Assembly: GCA_018304615.1 (NCBI GenBank)
Contig: JAGVVV010000008.1
Location: 25,741-89,740, forward strand
DNA length: 64,000 nt
Direction of reading: 5' to 3'
Origin: Candidatus Aenigmatarchaeota archaeon
Lineage (GTDB): Archaea > Aenigmatarchaeota > Aenigmatarchaeia > CG10238-14 > SCSR01
The notes under the pieces are model-generated. The model saw only the letters and a program-made list of their open reading frames with translations. It had not been told where the DNA came from and searched no databases. Positions 47,042 through 55,985 of this stretch are shown piece by piece (the first letter of the stretch is position 1; every line of letters begins with the position of its first letter). A program made the translations under genes and the position numbers.

Positions 47042-49741
47042 ATGAAAAAATCCAAATTTGCGAAGATTGAAAAAAAATGGCAGCAGAAGTGGGAAAAAGG
47101 GAAAATATTTGAGTCGAATATTTCTAAGAAGCCAAAATTCTTTCTTACTATTCCTTATCCTTATGTCAACGGAGGTCCGCATGTCGGACACAGTTTTACC
47201 AATTTCAGAGGAGATGTTTATGCTAGATTCAAGAGGATGAACGGATTCAATGTCCTCTATCCTCAGGGATTTCATGCAACAGGACAACCGATTGTCGGAG
47301 CTATTGAAAGGTTGGACAAAAAAGATCCTGTCCAGATTTCAACTTTCAAACTGTTCGGGGCTTCTGATTCTGACATAAAAAATTTCATAAAGCACGGACC
47401 TGAGTTCACTGCAAAGTATTGGATGAAAAAATGGATCCAGACATTGAAGAAAGGTGGATTCTCGATTGATTGGAGAAGATCTTTCATCACTACAACTATG
47501 ACTCCAACTTATTCCAGATTCGTCGAATGGCAGTACAACACACTGAAGAAGAAAGGTTTTGTCGTCCAAGGAACTCATCCGGTCATCTGGTGTCCTCACG
47601 ACCAGTCGCCTACAGGAGATCATGACAGGTTGGAAGGTGAAGGAGAGAGCACGATTGAATATACAATTTTGAAATTCAGGCTGGATTCTGGCGAGGTTCT
47701 TCCATGCGGAACTCTCAGGCCTGAGACTGTATACGGAGCGACAAACCTGTGGGTGAATCCAGAAGTTGAGTATGTGAAAGCGAACGTGGGCAAGGAAACA
47801 TGGATTATCAGCAAACAGGCTGCTGGGAAGTTGGCAGACCAGTTGAAAAAGGTAAAGATAATCGGAAAAGTCAGGGGATATGAGTTGATGGGAAAGCAGG
47901 TGACAAATCCTGTGACTAGGAATAAGATAATGGTTTTGCCTGCAAGTTATGTGGATCCGGAAGCTGCGACAGGAATAGTAGTGTCGGTTCCTGCTCATGC
48001 TCCATACGACTGGGTTGGGTTGAGAGATCTCCAGCAGAATCCTGACCAGATAAAGAAATATGGATTGAACCTGGATTTGGTCTTGAAGATAAAACCTATT
48101 TCCCTGATAAAAGTTCCGGGTTTCGGAGAATTCCCAGCTGTCGAGTTAGTGGAGAAGATGAGGATAACAGACCAGAAGGATAAGATGAGGCTGGAAAAGG
48201 CGACTTCTGAACTTTACAAGGCAGAATTCCACAAGGGTGTTCTGAATAATCTGTATGAAAATTATGCAGGCAAGAGAATTTCTGAAATCAAAGAAGTTCT
48301 GATTGAAGAATTCAAAAAAATGAATGCGATAGATTCCATTTGGGAGTCTACAGGAAGGGTAGTCTGCAGATGCATGACAGTCTGTCATGTGAAGATTCTA
48401 GAAAATCAGTGGTTCCTGAAATATTCTGATCCTGAGTGGAAGAGATTGACGAAAGAATGCATTTCTCAGATGAAGTTCTATCCAGAAGAAGTCAGATCAC
48501 AGTTCTTGAACACAGTTGACTGGTTGAAGGACAAGGCATGCACAAGAAAAGGTGGTCTCGGGACACCGCTTCCTTGGGACAGGCAGTGGATTGTAGAGAC
48601 TCTCAGTGATTCGACTATTTACATGGCTTATTACACTCTTGCAAAATTGATAGATCAAAAGAACATTCCATCAAAGAAATTGACTGACGAAGTTTTCGAT
48701 TACATTTTCTCTGGAAGAGGAAACCCGATAATGATTAGCAAAAATTCCAAGTTGAGTAAGGAAGTTTTAAAAAAATTGAGAAGGGAGTTTGATTATTTCT
48801 ATCCTGTGGATTTGAGGAATTCTGGAAAAGACCTTGTCCAGCACCACCTCACTTTTTTCATCTTCCACCATGTCGCACTGTTCGACAAAAAGTACTGGCC
48901 CAAGTCGATTGGGGTGAATGGGTTTGTGAATGTTTCAGGGACTAAGATGAGCAAGTCAAAGGGGAACATCACTCCTATGGATGAGTTGATTGAAAAAGTC
49001 GGCGCTGATTTGGTAAGAATAAATGTAGTAGCTGATGCCGAAGGAATGAACGATGCCAATTGGAGAGACGAGAGCCTTTCAGGGTATGAATCCAGAATCT
49101 TATTTTTGATGAAACTTGCGAAAGATTTGAAAAAAACAAGAAGGACTTCTATTCAAATGGTTGACAAATTCTTGTTAAGCAGGATAAATGAGATGATAAA
49201 ATCCTCGGCAGGAAATTACGAGTTGATGAAGTTCAGGTCTGCTTCTCAGTTTTCTTTCTTCGACTCTGTGAACGAACTGAAATGGTATCTGGAGAGGGTT
49301 GGTGGAATCAAGAATGCGAACAGGAAAATTTTGACTGAAGCGATATCGATTGTAATTAGATTGGTAGCTCCTTTGCTTCCTCACTTGGCAGAAGAGATGA
49401 ATCAAATTATCGGCGGAAAAAAACTTGTCTCAATCTCAGATTGGCCGAAAATGGATGAGAAGAAGAGTGACAGGAAGATAATGGAGATGGAGAATGTTCT
49501 GAAGAAAACCATAGACGACATAACGAACGTTCTGAAGCTTGCAGGGAAAAAAGAAAAACTGTATCTTTACTTTGCAACAGACAAGGAGCTGGAATACTTC
49601 AACCAATCGGTGGATTTCATAAAGAAAAGATTCAAGTTTAAGAAAGTCTCGACATTCAGAAATGACGACGAGAAAAAATACGACCCGCAGAACAAATCTT
49701 CAAAGGCGAAGTTCGGAAAGCCTGGGATATTCTTAGAGTGA
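47042..49741 (+). CDS. leuS: Leucine-tRNA ligase
   Basis: YPYVNGGPHVGH, TLRPETVYG, SDSTIYMAYY, KMSKSKGN. Confidence 0.97.
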   Translation: MKKSKFAKIEKKWQQKWEKGKIFESNISKKPKFFLTIPYPYVNGGPHVGHSFTNFRGDVYARFKRMNGFNVLYPQGFHATGQPIVGAIERLDKKDPVQISTFKLFGASDSDIKNFIKHGPEFTAKYWMKKWIQTLKKGGFSIDWRRSFITTTMTPTYSRFVEWQYNTLKKKGFVVQGTHPVIWCPHDQSPTGDHDRLEGEGESTIEYTILKFRLDSGEVLPCGTLRPETVYGATNLWVNPEVEYVKANVGKETWIISKQAAGKLADQLKKVKIIGKVRGYELMGKQVTNPVTRNKIMVLPASYVDPEAATGIVVSVPAHAPYDWVGLRDLQQNPDQIKKYGLNLDLVLKIKPISLIKVPGFGEFPAVELVEKMRITDQKDKMRLEKATSELYKAEFHKGVLNNLYENYAGKRISEIKEVLIEEFKKMNAIDSIWESTGRVVCRCMTVCHVKILENQWFLKYSDPEWKRLTKECISQMKFYPEEVRSQFLNTVDWLKDKACTRKGGLGTPLPWDRQWIVETLSDSTIYMAYYTLAKLIDQKNIPSKKLTDEVFDYIFSGRGNPIMISKNSKLSKEVLKKLRREFDYFYPVDLRNSGKDLVQHHLTFFIFHHVALFDKKYWPKSIGVNGFVNVSGTKMSKSKGNITPMDELIEKVGADLVRINVVADAEGMNDANWRDESLSGYESRILFLMKLAKDLKKTRRTSIQMVDKFLLSRINEMIKSSAGNYELMKFRSASQFSFFDSVNELKWYLERVGGIKNANRKILTEAISIVIRLVAPLLPHLAEEMNQIIGGKKLVSISDWPKMDEKKSDRKIMEMENVLKKTIDDITNVLKLAGKKEKLYLYFATDKELEYFNQSVDFIKKRFKFKKVSTFRNDDEKKYDPQNKSSKAKFGKPGIFLE

Positions 49742-49752
49742 TTAGTGATTGG

Positions 49753-49793
49753 TGCTCCCACCGAGCATTTTACTCCAGTGTAAAAAGGAGCAT
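49753..49793 (+). repeat. att-like repeat R1
   Basis: TGCTCCCACCGAGCATTTTACTCCAGTGTAAAAAGGAGCAT. Confidence 0.85.
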
Positions 49794-49841
49794 AGAAGCT
49801 TATTAATATCTAATTATTTATGATAAATTGGAGTTCAATAT

Positions 49842-50915
49842 ATGTTAAATCAAATTTCAGAACCTCTAACTAGACTAGAAAGCATAATTAATGAATTAGA
49901 GTACATGTGGTATCCAAGGAGTCGTCAAGTCCTAGAATATCGTCCTAGAATAGAACCAAGAGTTACTGAATTGGAAATTGAGGCTACAGATTTATACAGA
50001 AAAATTCTACCTGTTGCTCATGAAATATATACCAGTTTTCCCAAACCTAAGCAAGTAAGGACAAGTAGGCAAATGGAATTGGAAAGTGTGAAAAACATGA
50101 GTGGAGCAAGTTCACATGAAGCTGGTCTGCTTGCAGATTTTGTGCGCACTGGTATACCCAAATATTTTGCCACAGAACCTAAAATGTCATTCGAAGACCT
50201 GGAAGCTGCCACAAGGGGTTTTAGGTCTATCGTTGATGAAAGTGCGAATCCAGATATGACAGACCCATACTGGGAAAGGATAAAGGGTGCTATTCTCATC
50301 GAACCTCACTGGGTTTATGATGTCCCGATGGTACTGGAAAAGGAGAACGGTCTTGGTGAATTTAAAGATTATAGAGTTCCAGAATATCAGTCTCTCGCAT
50401 ATAGCAGATTTTTCCAAAGATACTATAAAAAGCTTGTTCATAGCAATCGAGCTAGAGATAAATTCGTTAGAAACGTCCTCGAAAATCTACCTGAACCAAT
50501 TAGTATAGCTTTATCTGGTGGATTTGTCAAGGAGAGAACTAAGAAATTAGGATATATTCTAAAAAGTTTAGTTGGTGAAAAAGTGATTTTCTTTCCATTA
50601 AAAACTGTTGATCAGTTGGCTTCACTTGAGGAGGAAGAATATAAAGTTCACTGGACGTCGGTACCATTAGAGTTTCCAGTTCACAAATGGACACGAAGTA
50701 TAGGTATAAGTAGCCATCGTGGTGAAGTTGAAACGAAAAAAGTTATTGGAAAAATAAATGCAGAAGAGTTTAATCCATTTTCCCAGGATGACGCAAATCA
50801 TGTAACTCTGTTTTTCAAGGAAAATATCTTCCCTACAACAACGGCGTTTTGGGATAGTCTTATCAATTGGGGACCTGGAATTTTTTATTATTTGATATAT
50901 AAAGAGGCAGAGTAA
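49842..50915 (+). CDS. Orphan hypothetical protein (cargo)
   Basis: 357 aa ORF, no motif recognised. Confidence 0.75.
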   Translation: MLNQISEPLTRLESIINELEYMWYPRSRQVLEYRPRIEPRVTELEIEATDLYRKILPVAHEIYTSFPKPKQVRTSRQMELESVKNMSGASSHEAGLLADFVRTGIPKYFATEPKMSFEDLEAATRGFRSIVDESANPDMTDPYWERIKGAILIEPHWVYDVPMVLEKENGLGEFKDYRVPEYQSLAYSRFFQRYYKKLVHSNRARDKFVRNVLENLPEPISIALSGGFVKERTKKLGYILKSLVGEKVIFFPLKTVDQLASLEEEEYKVHWTSVPLEFPVHKWTRSIGISSHRGEVETKKVIGKINAEEFNPFSQDDANHVTLFFKENIFPTTTAFWDSLINWGPGIFYYLIYKEAE

Positions 50916-51074
50916 TTATATTTCTCGAATATATCATTATTTCAATCTATCAGTGAGCTTAACAAGAATCGAATCTGCCTCTTGAAACTTTATACCATTT
51001 TATAATCTGAAAGGTAAGATTGATAACTTCAAGTTCATAGCAAAAATTTAAATCTATTATGTTATTACTTTTGT

Positions 51075-52055
51075 ATGGAATTTCATTTAGACCTAACTTA
51101 CCATCCAGAATCAGAAGGATTGTCATATCTTTATACTGATCCATTTTTTATTCCAATTTGGAAAAATGTCCCTTTATCTGATGTTGTGCTATTTGAAGGT
51201 GCTCCCAGAACTGACATAACCTATGAAAATTCGAGAGGTATTCTTGAACAAAATAGAATGTTGATGAGTAAATACAGATCAACATACCTTAAAGATCCAA
51301 TGTTATTTGCTAAATTAGAAAAAAGTCCACCTAAAAATGCGGATTTCTTACAATTAAAAATTTTCACAAAAAGTAGAGCTAAATTATTTTTGACTGAATC
51401 AGAATTATACGATAAAGAAACATATGAAATTATAAGAAGTATACATTCAGAAGTTGAAAGATTAAACTATATTCCATATCTTAAAAGAGGTGAATTAATC
51501 ACTGCTAGAGAAATATTACAAAAATCGCATACTCTTGATATCCAGCTTGCCAAAAAAAGAGATCCAATAATAGCATCATCACTTATTGAATTAATGAAAA
51601 AATTTGAATTGAAAAATGGTTATCTTTTATTTGGTTACTCACATGTAGGGTTATCTAAGCATCTTGAAATACCAGAAGAAAGAGTTAGGAAACTTGAACT
51701 AGGTATTCTTCCCCCTGATTATTTGAGAAGATTCCAGGAAGATGGGTATACTCTTAGCGATGATGATGCTAGACGTTTCTTATTGATAGATTTGCTTGAA
51801 CAGACTGTAGATGGCAATTATTTTGCCCGTTCGAAAAAAATAGCAGATTTAATTTATTTTCTTAATCCAGAAAATTTGGAAGAATTAGAAGATTTATCAC
51901 AACAAGAAATAGAATCAATTCACAAACCATTAATTGAAGAAGGCGAATTAAGTATTTTCTCAAATGCGGAAATTAGAGAAATATTAATTAGAATCCTTTC
52001 TCAACAACTTTCAGAAAAAAATCAATCCGCTCTGATTCCTAAAGAATGGAAATAA
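51075..52055 (+). CDS. Orphan hypothetical protein (cargo)
   Basis: 326 aa AT-rich ORF with TTTAAAT box upstream. Confidence 0.75.
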   Translation: MEFHLDLTYHPESEGLSYLYTDPFFIPIWKNVPLSDVVLFEGAPRTDITYENSRGILEQNRMLMSKYRSTYLKDPMLFAKLEKSPPKNADFLQLKIFTKSRAKLFLTESELYDKETYEIIRSIHSEVERLNYIPYLKRGELITAREILQKSHTLDIQLAKKRDPIIASSLIELMKKFELKNGYLLFGYSHVGLSKHLEIPEERVRKLELGILPPDYLRRFQEDGYTLSDDDARRFLLIDLLEQTVDGNYFARSKKIADLIYFLNPENLEELEDLSQQEIESIHKPLIEEGELSIFSNAEIREILIRILSQQLSEKNQSALIPKEWK

Positions 52056-52061
52056 AAGGCT

Positions 52062-52093
52062 TGCTCCCACCGAGCATTATACTAAAGTTCAAG
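52062..52093 (+). repeat. att-like repeat R2
   Basis: TGCTCCCACCGAGCATTATACTAAAGTTCAAG. Confidence 0.85.
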
Positions 52094-52220
52094 TTTGTGA
52101 CATAGATTACATGCAATTCTTCAAGGAGAGCCTGAGGTCAGGAGAGATCTCCTAGATAAGGAAGAGTAGTTGAGGTGAAGTGAATATCGTTATTTAAATC
52201 TATAGGTTCAATCATTTTTC

Positions 52221-52769
52221 ATGATTATACCTGAAAATAAAGTCATACAAAATCCGAATGACCAATATCCAACAACAATTGAATTACATCATAGGACTTA
52301 TGGTTTAGTAGAAAAGGAAGATGGTCATTATAGTGCAAAAAGAATGATAGAATTTTGGAGAAGTGAGTGGGATGGTCGATCAAGAGGTTATGAAGATAGT
52401 GGTTTGGCTTTGCACATAACGGCAATTCCGCTTGGATGGCAGAAATACGGACAAATTCCAGAAGGTTGGCGTAATTCTCGTGTAAGAGGCAGATTGGAAA
52501 ATAGAATAGGAGGGGATCTTGAAGTGCCACTCAAGGTTGTTCCAATAGAAGTAAATCCTACCTATACACCCAATGAATTTAGAAGACAGATAGATACGCT
52601 TGTAGAAAAATCTAGTTCAATTCTTTCTGATACACAAATGTTTTCGTTAGAATTAAATCAGTTGCTAATTAGTGGCTGGGCTATTGTAAATGAAGAACTT
52701 TATCATCAACTTTTCGAATATGGTATTCAAAAGTCAAATGAAAAGTTAGCAACTTTGCCCCAAGTTTGA
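52221..52769 (+). CDS. Orphan hypothetical protein (cargo)
   Basis: 182 aa ORF with TTTAAAT box upstream. Confidence 0.7.
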   Translation: MIIPENKVIQNPNDQYPTTIELHHRTYGLVEKEDGHYSAKRMIEFWRSEWDGRSRGYEDSGLALHITAIPLGWQKYGQIPEGWRNSRVRGRLENRIGGDLEVPLKVVPIEVNPTYTPNEFRRQIDTLVEKSSSILSDTQMFSLELNQLLISGWAIVNEELYHQLFEYGIQKSNEKLATLPQV

Positions 52770-52818
52770 ACAAATTGAATATGTGTGTTAAAGACCCAAA
52801 AGGTTGACAAAAAACTTT

Positions 52819-52859
52819 TGCTCCCAACGAGCATCATACTTCAGTTCAAAAAGGAGCAT
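52819..52859 (+). repeat. att-like repeat R3
   Basis: 35/41 identical to R1. Confidence 0.85.
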
Positions 52860-52933
52860 TAACTTTTGGGGGATTTTATTTACAGGCATAAAAAAGTTTT
52901 ACAACCATAAATAGCTAAACAATTGTTATTTAA

Positions 52934-53194
52934 ATGGCAAAAAATATGGGTAGTACATATATAAAAAAGGTAAAAGGGCATCACTACTTTTATTTGCAAC
53001 ATTATAATGAGGGTAAGAAGGAACAAAGATGCCTCGGACCTGTAAATGATCCATTACTATGGCCAGAAGTCCGAAGAAAATACATTGAAAATCAAGATAG
53101 ACGAAGAAAAGCATTCGATAAGAAGATTGCAACAAGTCTGGGTCTCACATTAAAAGATTTTTACAAACTTGTGGAAAGTTATCAAAGAACTTGA
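52934..53194 (+). pseudogene. SSV1-type integrase N-terminal fragment (intN)-like
   Basis: YIKKVKGHHYFYL..GKKEQRCLGP and LVESY; the -1 frame continues into the att-encoded LPPGFE. Confidence 0.65.
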
Positions 53195-53227
53195 TCTTAA
53201 TTCAATTTATAACTGAAAGAAAATTTC

Positions 53228-53256
53228 TGCTCCCACCGGGATTTGAATCCGACTGC
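53228..53256 (-). repeat. tRNA 3'-end remnant (tRNA-Glu-like), repeat R4
   Basis: Minus strand TCGGATTCAAATCCCGGTGGGAGCA = T arm plus acceptor 3' strand; no 5' part. Confidence 0.75.
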
Positions 53257-54054
53257 TTAACCGCCGAGTACAATCTCGAAAGATTCTACAATCGCTGCCA
53301 ACGACAGGATAAGGGCTGAAATCACCATGAGCTGGAAAGTGTCCTTGAGGATGAAAGAAAATCTGGGGGATTTCTTTCTGGTGAGTGCTGCGGAGATCAG
53401 ACCTCCTGCTACTCCGGCAATGAAATAAGCGAGTATCTCAAGGCTGCCATGTGGGAAGAAGGCCAAGACCGCTAATGGAAGTCCTTTGACTCCCCCGAGA
53501 CTCTTTGCAGCCAGTCCTATTGCCGATGCAAGAATGGAAGCGTTCCACGCAAGAATAAAAATCGCTCCTGCTCCGAACAGGAAGGAGAATAAGAATGCGA
53601 GTATGAGGACTCCAAGGTTGTTTACAAGAATCTTTGTCAAAGTGTCTGGAAAAGCTATGTTTCCTCTTACCAGGCTGATCTCCTTGATCTGGTCGCTGAA
53701 TATCTTGTCTGTGAGATCACCAGGCAGGAGTATGAAAACCACAGAAAGGGTTATTATCATGCCTCCGAAGAAGGCCGAATAGATTCTCAGAATGTCCTTG
53801 TGCCTTGCAAGAATATTGGTTCCGGCAGCAAGCGCTGCTTCCTCCTCCTCCTTTTTCTCTTCGTATCTCACTGCCCTCAACATCAAGGGAGTGACTGCTA
53901 TTGTAACAAGCAGGCTCATCATCAAGCCAGAGGAAGTCTGGAAGACAACGAACGAGATGAAGAGGCAGATGACAGAAATTATCCCTCCTAGGATGAACAT
54001 CCACTGAGGTTTCTTTAAGGCTGTTTTCAATGAAATTAGCCTTTCGAGGACCAA
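53257..54054 (-). CDS. SpoIIM/DUF95-family membrane protein
   Basis: ILVNNLGV, LAWNAS, PHGSLEILAY. Confidence 0.85.
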   Translation of the reverse strand: MVLERLISLKTALKKPQWMFILGGIISVICLFISFVVFQTSSGLMMSLLVTIAVTPLMLRAVRYEEKKEEEEAALAAGTNILARHKDILRIYSAFFGGMIITLSVVFILLPGDLTDKIFSDQIKEISLVRGNIAFPDTLTKILVNNLGVLILAFLFSFLFGAGAIFILAWNASILASAIGLAAKSLGGVKGLPLAVLAFFPHGSLEILAYFIAGVAGGLISAALTRKKSPRFSFILKDTFQLMVISALILSLAAIVESFEIVLGG

Positions 54055-54110
54055 AAGCTCACCTTTATTAAATTTAGTATACTAGAGATAAATTACTATA
54101 AGGCGAGAAT

Positions 54111-54575
54111 ATGAAAATCAAATTTTCAAGCAAGAAATTCATGTCCATATTCTTCTTGCTCATCATGGTTGGATCTACGGTATCATTCGCAGTTATCCAG
54201 TCAGTTAACTTTTTCGGGACTCCGACGACAAATCCTAACGACATACCGAAGAGCAACATTGTCAATTATGAGGTTGATCCAACTGTCCTGGATGCGATTG
54301 TCAAAGCCGGATATACGGTGATCAAATTCTACTACAGGCCCGGATGCTTGGAATGTTCGGCTCCAAAGAGTTTGGTGGAGAATCTTGCTTTGAACAACAA
54401 GAACCAGGTGTTTTTGGAAGAGTTTGAAAATGCAAACGGGACAGTGCCTCATGCTGTAATCACCAGTTACAAGGACTCCAGAGTTTTGAACAATGCGACG
54501 ACTGATCAAATCAATACTGTCCTGTGCGACTTGATGGCTTCTCCACCGGCAGAGTTGAAGTGTGCACTGAGATAA
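54111..54575 (+). CDS. Membrane-anchored thioredoxin-like protein
   Basis: TM helix, FYYRPGCLEC. Confidence 0.6.
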   Translation: MKIKFSSKKFMSIFFLLIMVGSTVSFAVIQSVNFFGTPTTNPNDIPKSNIVNYEVDPTVLDAIVKAGYTVIKFYYRPGCLECSAPKSLVENLALNNKNQVFLEEFENANGTVPHAVITSYKDSRVLNNATTDQINTVLCDLMASPPAELKCALR

Positions 54576-54584
54576 TCTTCGAAT

Positions 54585-55763
54585 TTACACTTGTGGAACT
54601 CTCGTCCGGTAATAGTTCAAAAGATCTCGAGTTACGTTCGGTCCGAATTTTTCTTTAGATTTTTCGACAACTAAAATCGGTAGAGGGCTTAATGTATGTA
54701 AAGCACGAACATAAAATTGGCGTGGATCATTCGGTTTTACATCCTCCTCTATTAAGAAAAATACGTCTGAGTTTTCGGCAAGTACTGAATCTTTTTGACC
54801 TATCACTGAAAATTGTTTCCCTTTATATCCTTTAAATTCAAGACAAGTTGGAAGAGTATGAAACCCGCCAGAGAATGAAACTGTTAATTGCATATCTCCT
54901 GCTCTTGGGGCTGGTGCGTTAGATGAATAAACTTGGTCGGATCCGCCAGAAATTGCTTTTTTAACATTTTCAAGCATTTTGAGAGCAGCATCTGCAACAT
55001 AATCACCAGGACCTTTTCCAGGAGCTTTCATAACCCAGTGTCGTTCTACAAGATCGTTCACAGCCTTTGTATAGAATTCAGAGTTACTCGCTTCATCAAC
55101 AATCTTCCCAGTAATCTCAAATTCGTGCCTTACGAAATCTCGAAAACTCTCAGGCTTTTGGTCCAAATGCAAGAGTTGGACTACGTTTTGGAATAGGCTT
55201 GCACTTGCAAGCTCAAACATGTCACCCATTCCAGTTTCTCTGAGATTTGTAGTCTCCATTGAAGGAGGATTAATGTCTGTTGATTTGTCTTCGCCTTTTA
55301 ATTCAATTAGAGTCCCAAACTCTCGAGCAAATTTTCCAACTGTAGAATCTGGAGTTGATGTTACGGCACAAATGGTGAATCTATCTCTTCCATTTTTTTC
55401 AAAATAGTTACGAAGTTCATTAGCACATTTCTGTGGAGTATATGACTCACCACTTTGTGTGTTGAACAAAACAAGTATTTTTTCACCTTTATAGCGCGTT
55501 TGGAGAACAGGTGCGACTTCTTCCATACTATACCAAGGAATATCAGGACTGTCAAGTGGAATTGTTAGTTTCTCAGGATTGCTAATGACAAGTTGTGAGA
55601 GGGCTGTATACAAAGAAAGTTTTGATCGCTTTTCAGCAGCCGGTAAAATTACTCGGTGTCCCATAAAATAACTATAAAGATTCTCAACCCCAGAAGAATT
55701 TACAGAGAGGACATTATCAGCTACTTTATTAATATAAGGGAAAGAACAAATAGACTTTGGCAT
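54585..55763 (-). CDS. Divergent tandem SIS-domain (sugar isomerase-like) protein
   Basis: NTQSGES, AVTSTPDSTVG, MGDMFE, VSFSGG, DSVLAENSD. Confidence 0.65.
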   Translation of the reverse strand: MPKSICSFPYINKVADNVLSVNSSGVENLYSYFMGHRVILPAAEKRSKLSLYTALSQLVISNPEKLTIPLDSPDIPWYSMEEVAPVLQTRYKGEKILVLFNTQSGESYTPQKCANELRNYFEKNGRDRFTICAVTSTPDSTVGKFAREFGTLIELKGEDKSTDINPPSMETTNLRETGMGDMFELASASLFQNVVQLLHLDQKPESFRDFVRHEFEITGKIVDEASNSEFYTKAVNDLVERHWVMKAPGKGPGDYVADAALKMLENVKKAISGGSDQVYSSNAPAPRAGDMQLTVSFSGGFHTLPTCLEFKGYKGKQFSVIGQKDSVLAENSDVFFLIEEDVKPNDPRQFYVRALHTLSPLPILVVEKSKEKFGPNVTRDLLNYYRTRVPQV

Positions 55764-55850
55764 CTTATCTAAAACTGAATGAATTTATTTATATTTAACT
55801 TTTACATCTACCGAATAGAAAAAATAACTAGATGAAATATCTTTAAATGA

Positions 55851-55985
55851 TTACTGTTTTAAGTCTTTCTGGAATCTCTCGATGGTTTTGATCAAGTCTT
55901 TTTCTTCTACTCTAAGGACTTCTGCGGCTTTCTTCAGTATTTTCTCTTTTTCTTTCAGACTCAACCATTCTTCTTTCGAAATCAT
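55851..55985 (-). CDS. 44-aa paralog of the AlaRS C-terminal helix; not in ORF track
   Basis: MISKEEWLSLKEKEKILKKAAEVLRVEEKDLIKTIERFQKDLKQ; ATGA overlap with alaS. Confidence 0.7.
   Translation of the reverse strand: MISKEEWLSLKEKEKILKKAAEVLRVEEKDLIKTIERFQKDLKQ

Larger units (their letters stand above)
49753..53256. mobile_element. Degenerate tandem integrative island/cassette array anchored on a tRNA 3'-end remnant
   Basis: Four TGCTCCCA(C/A)CG repeats, AT-rich orphan cargo, integrase N-fragment. Confidence 0.7.

Noticed and set aside
49753-53256. CRISPR array or canonical integron attC sites
   Set aside because: Spacers are 0.4-2.3 kb and contain genes; no cas genes; no RYYYAAC/GTTRRRY ends
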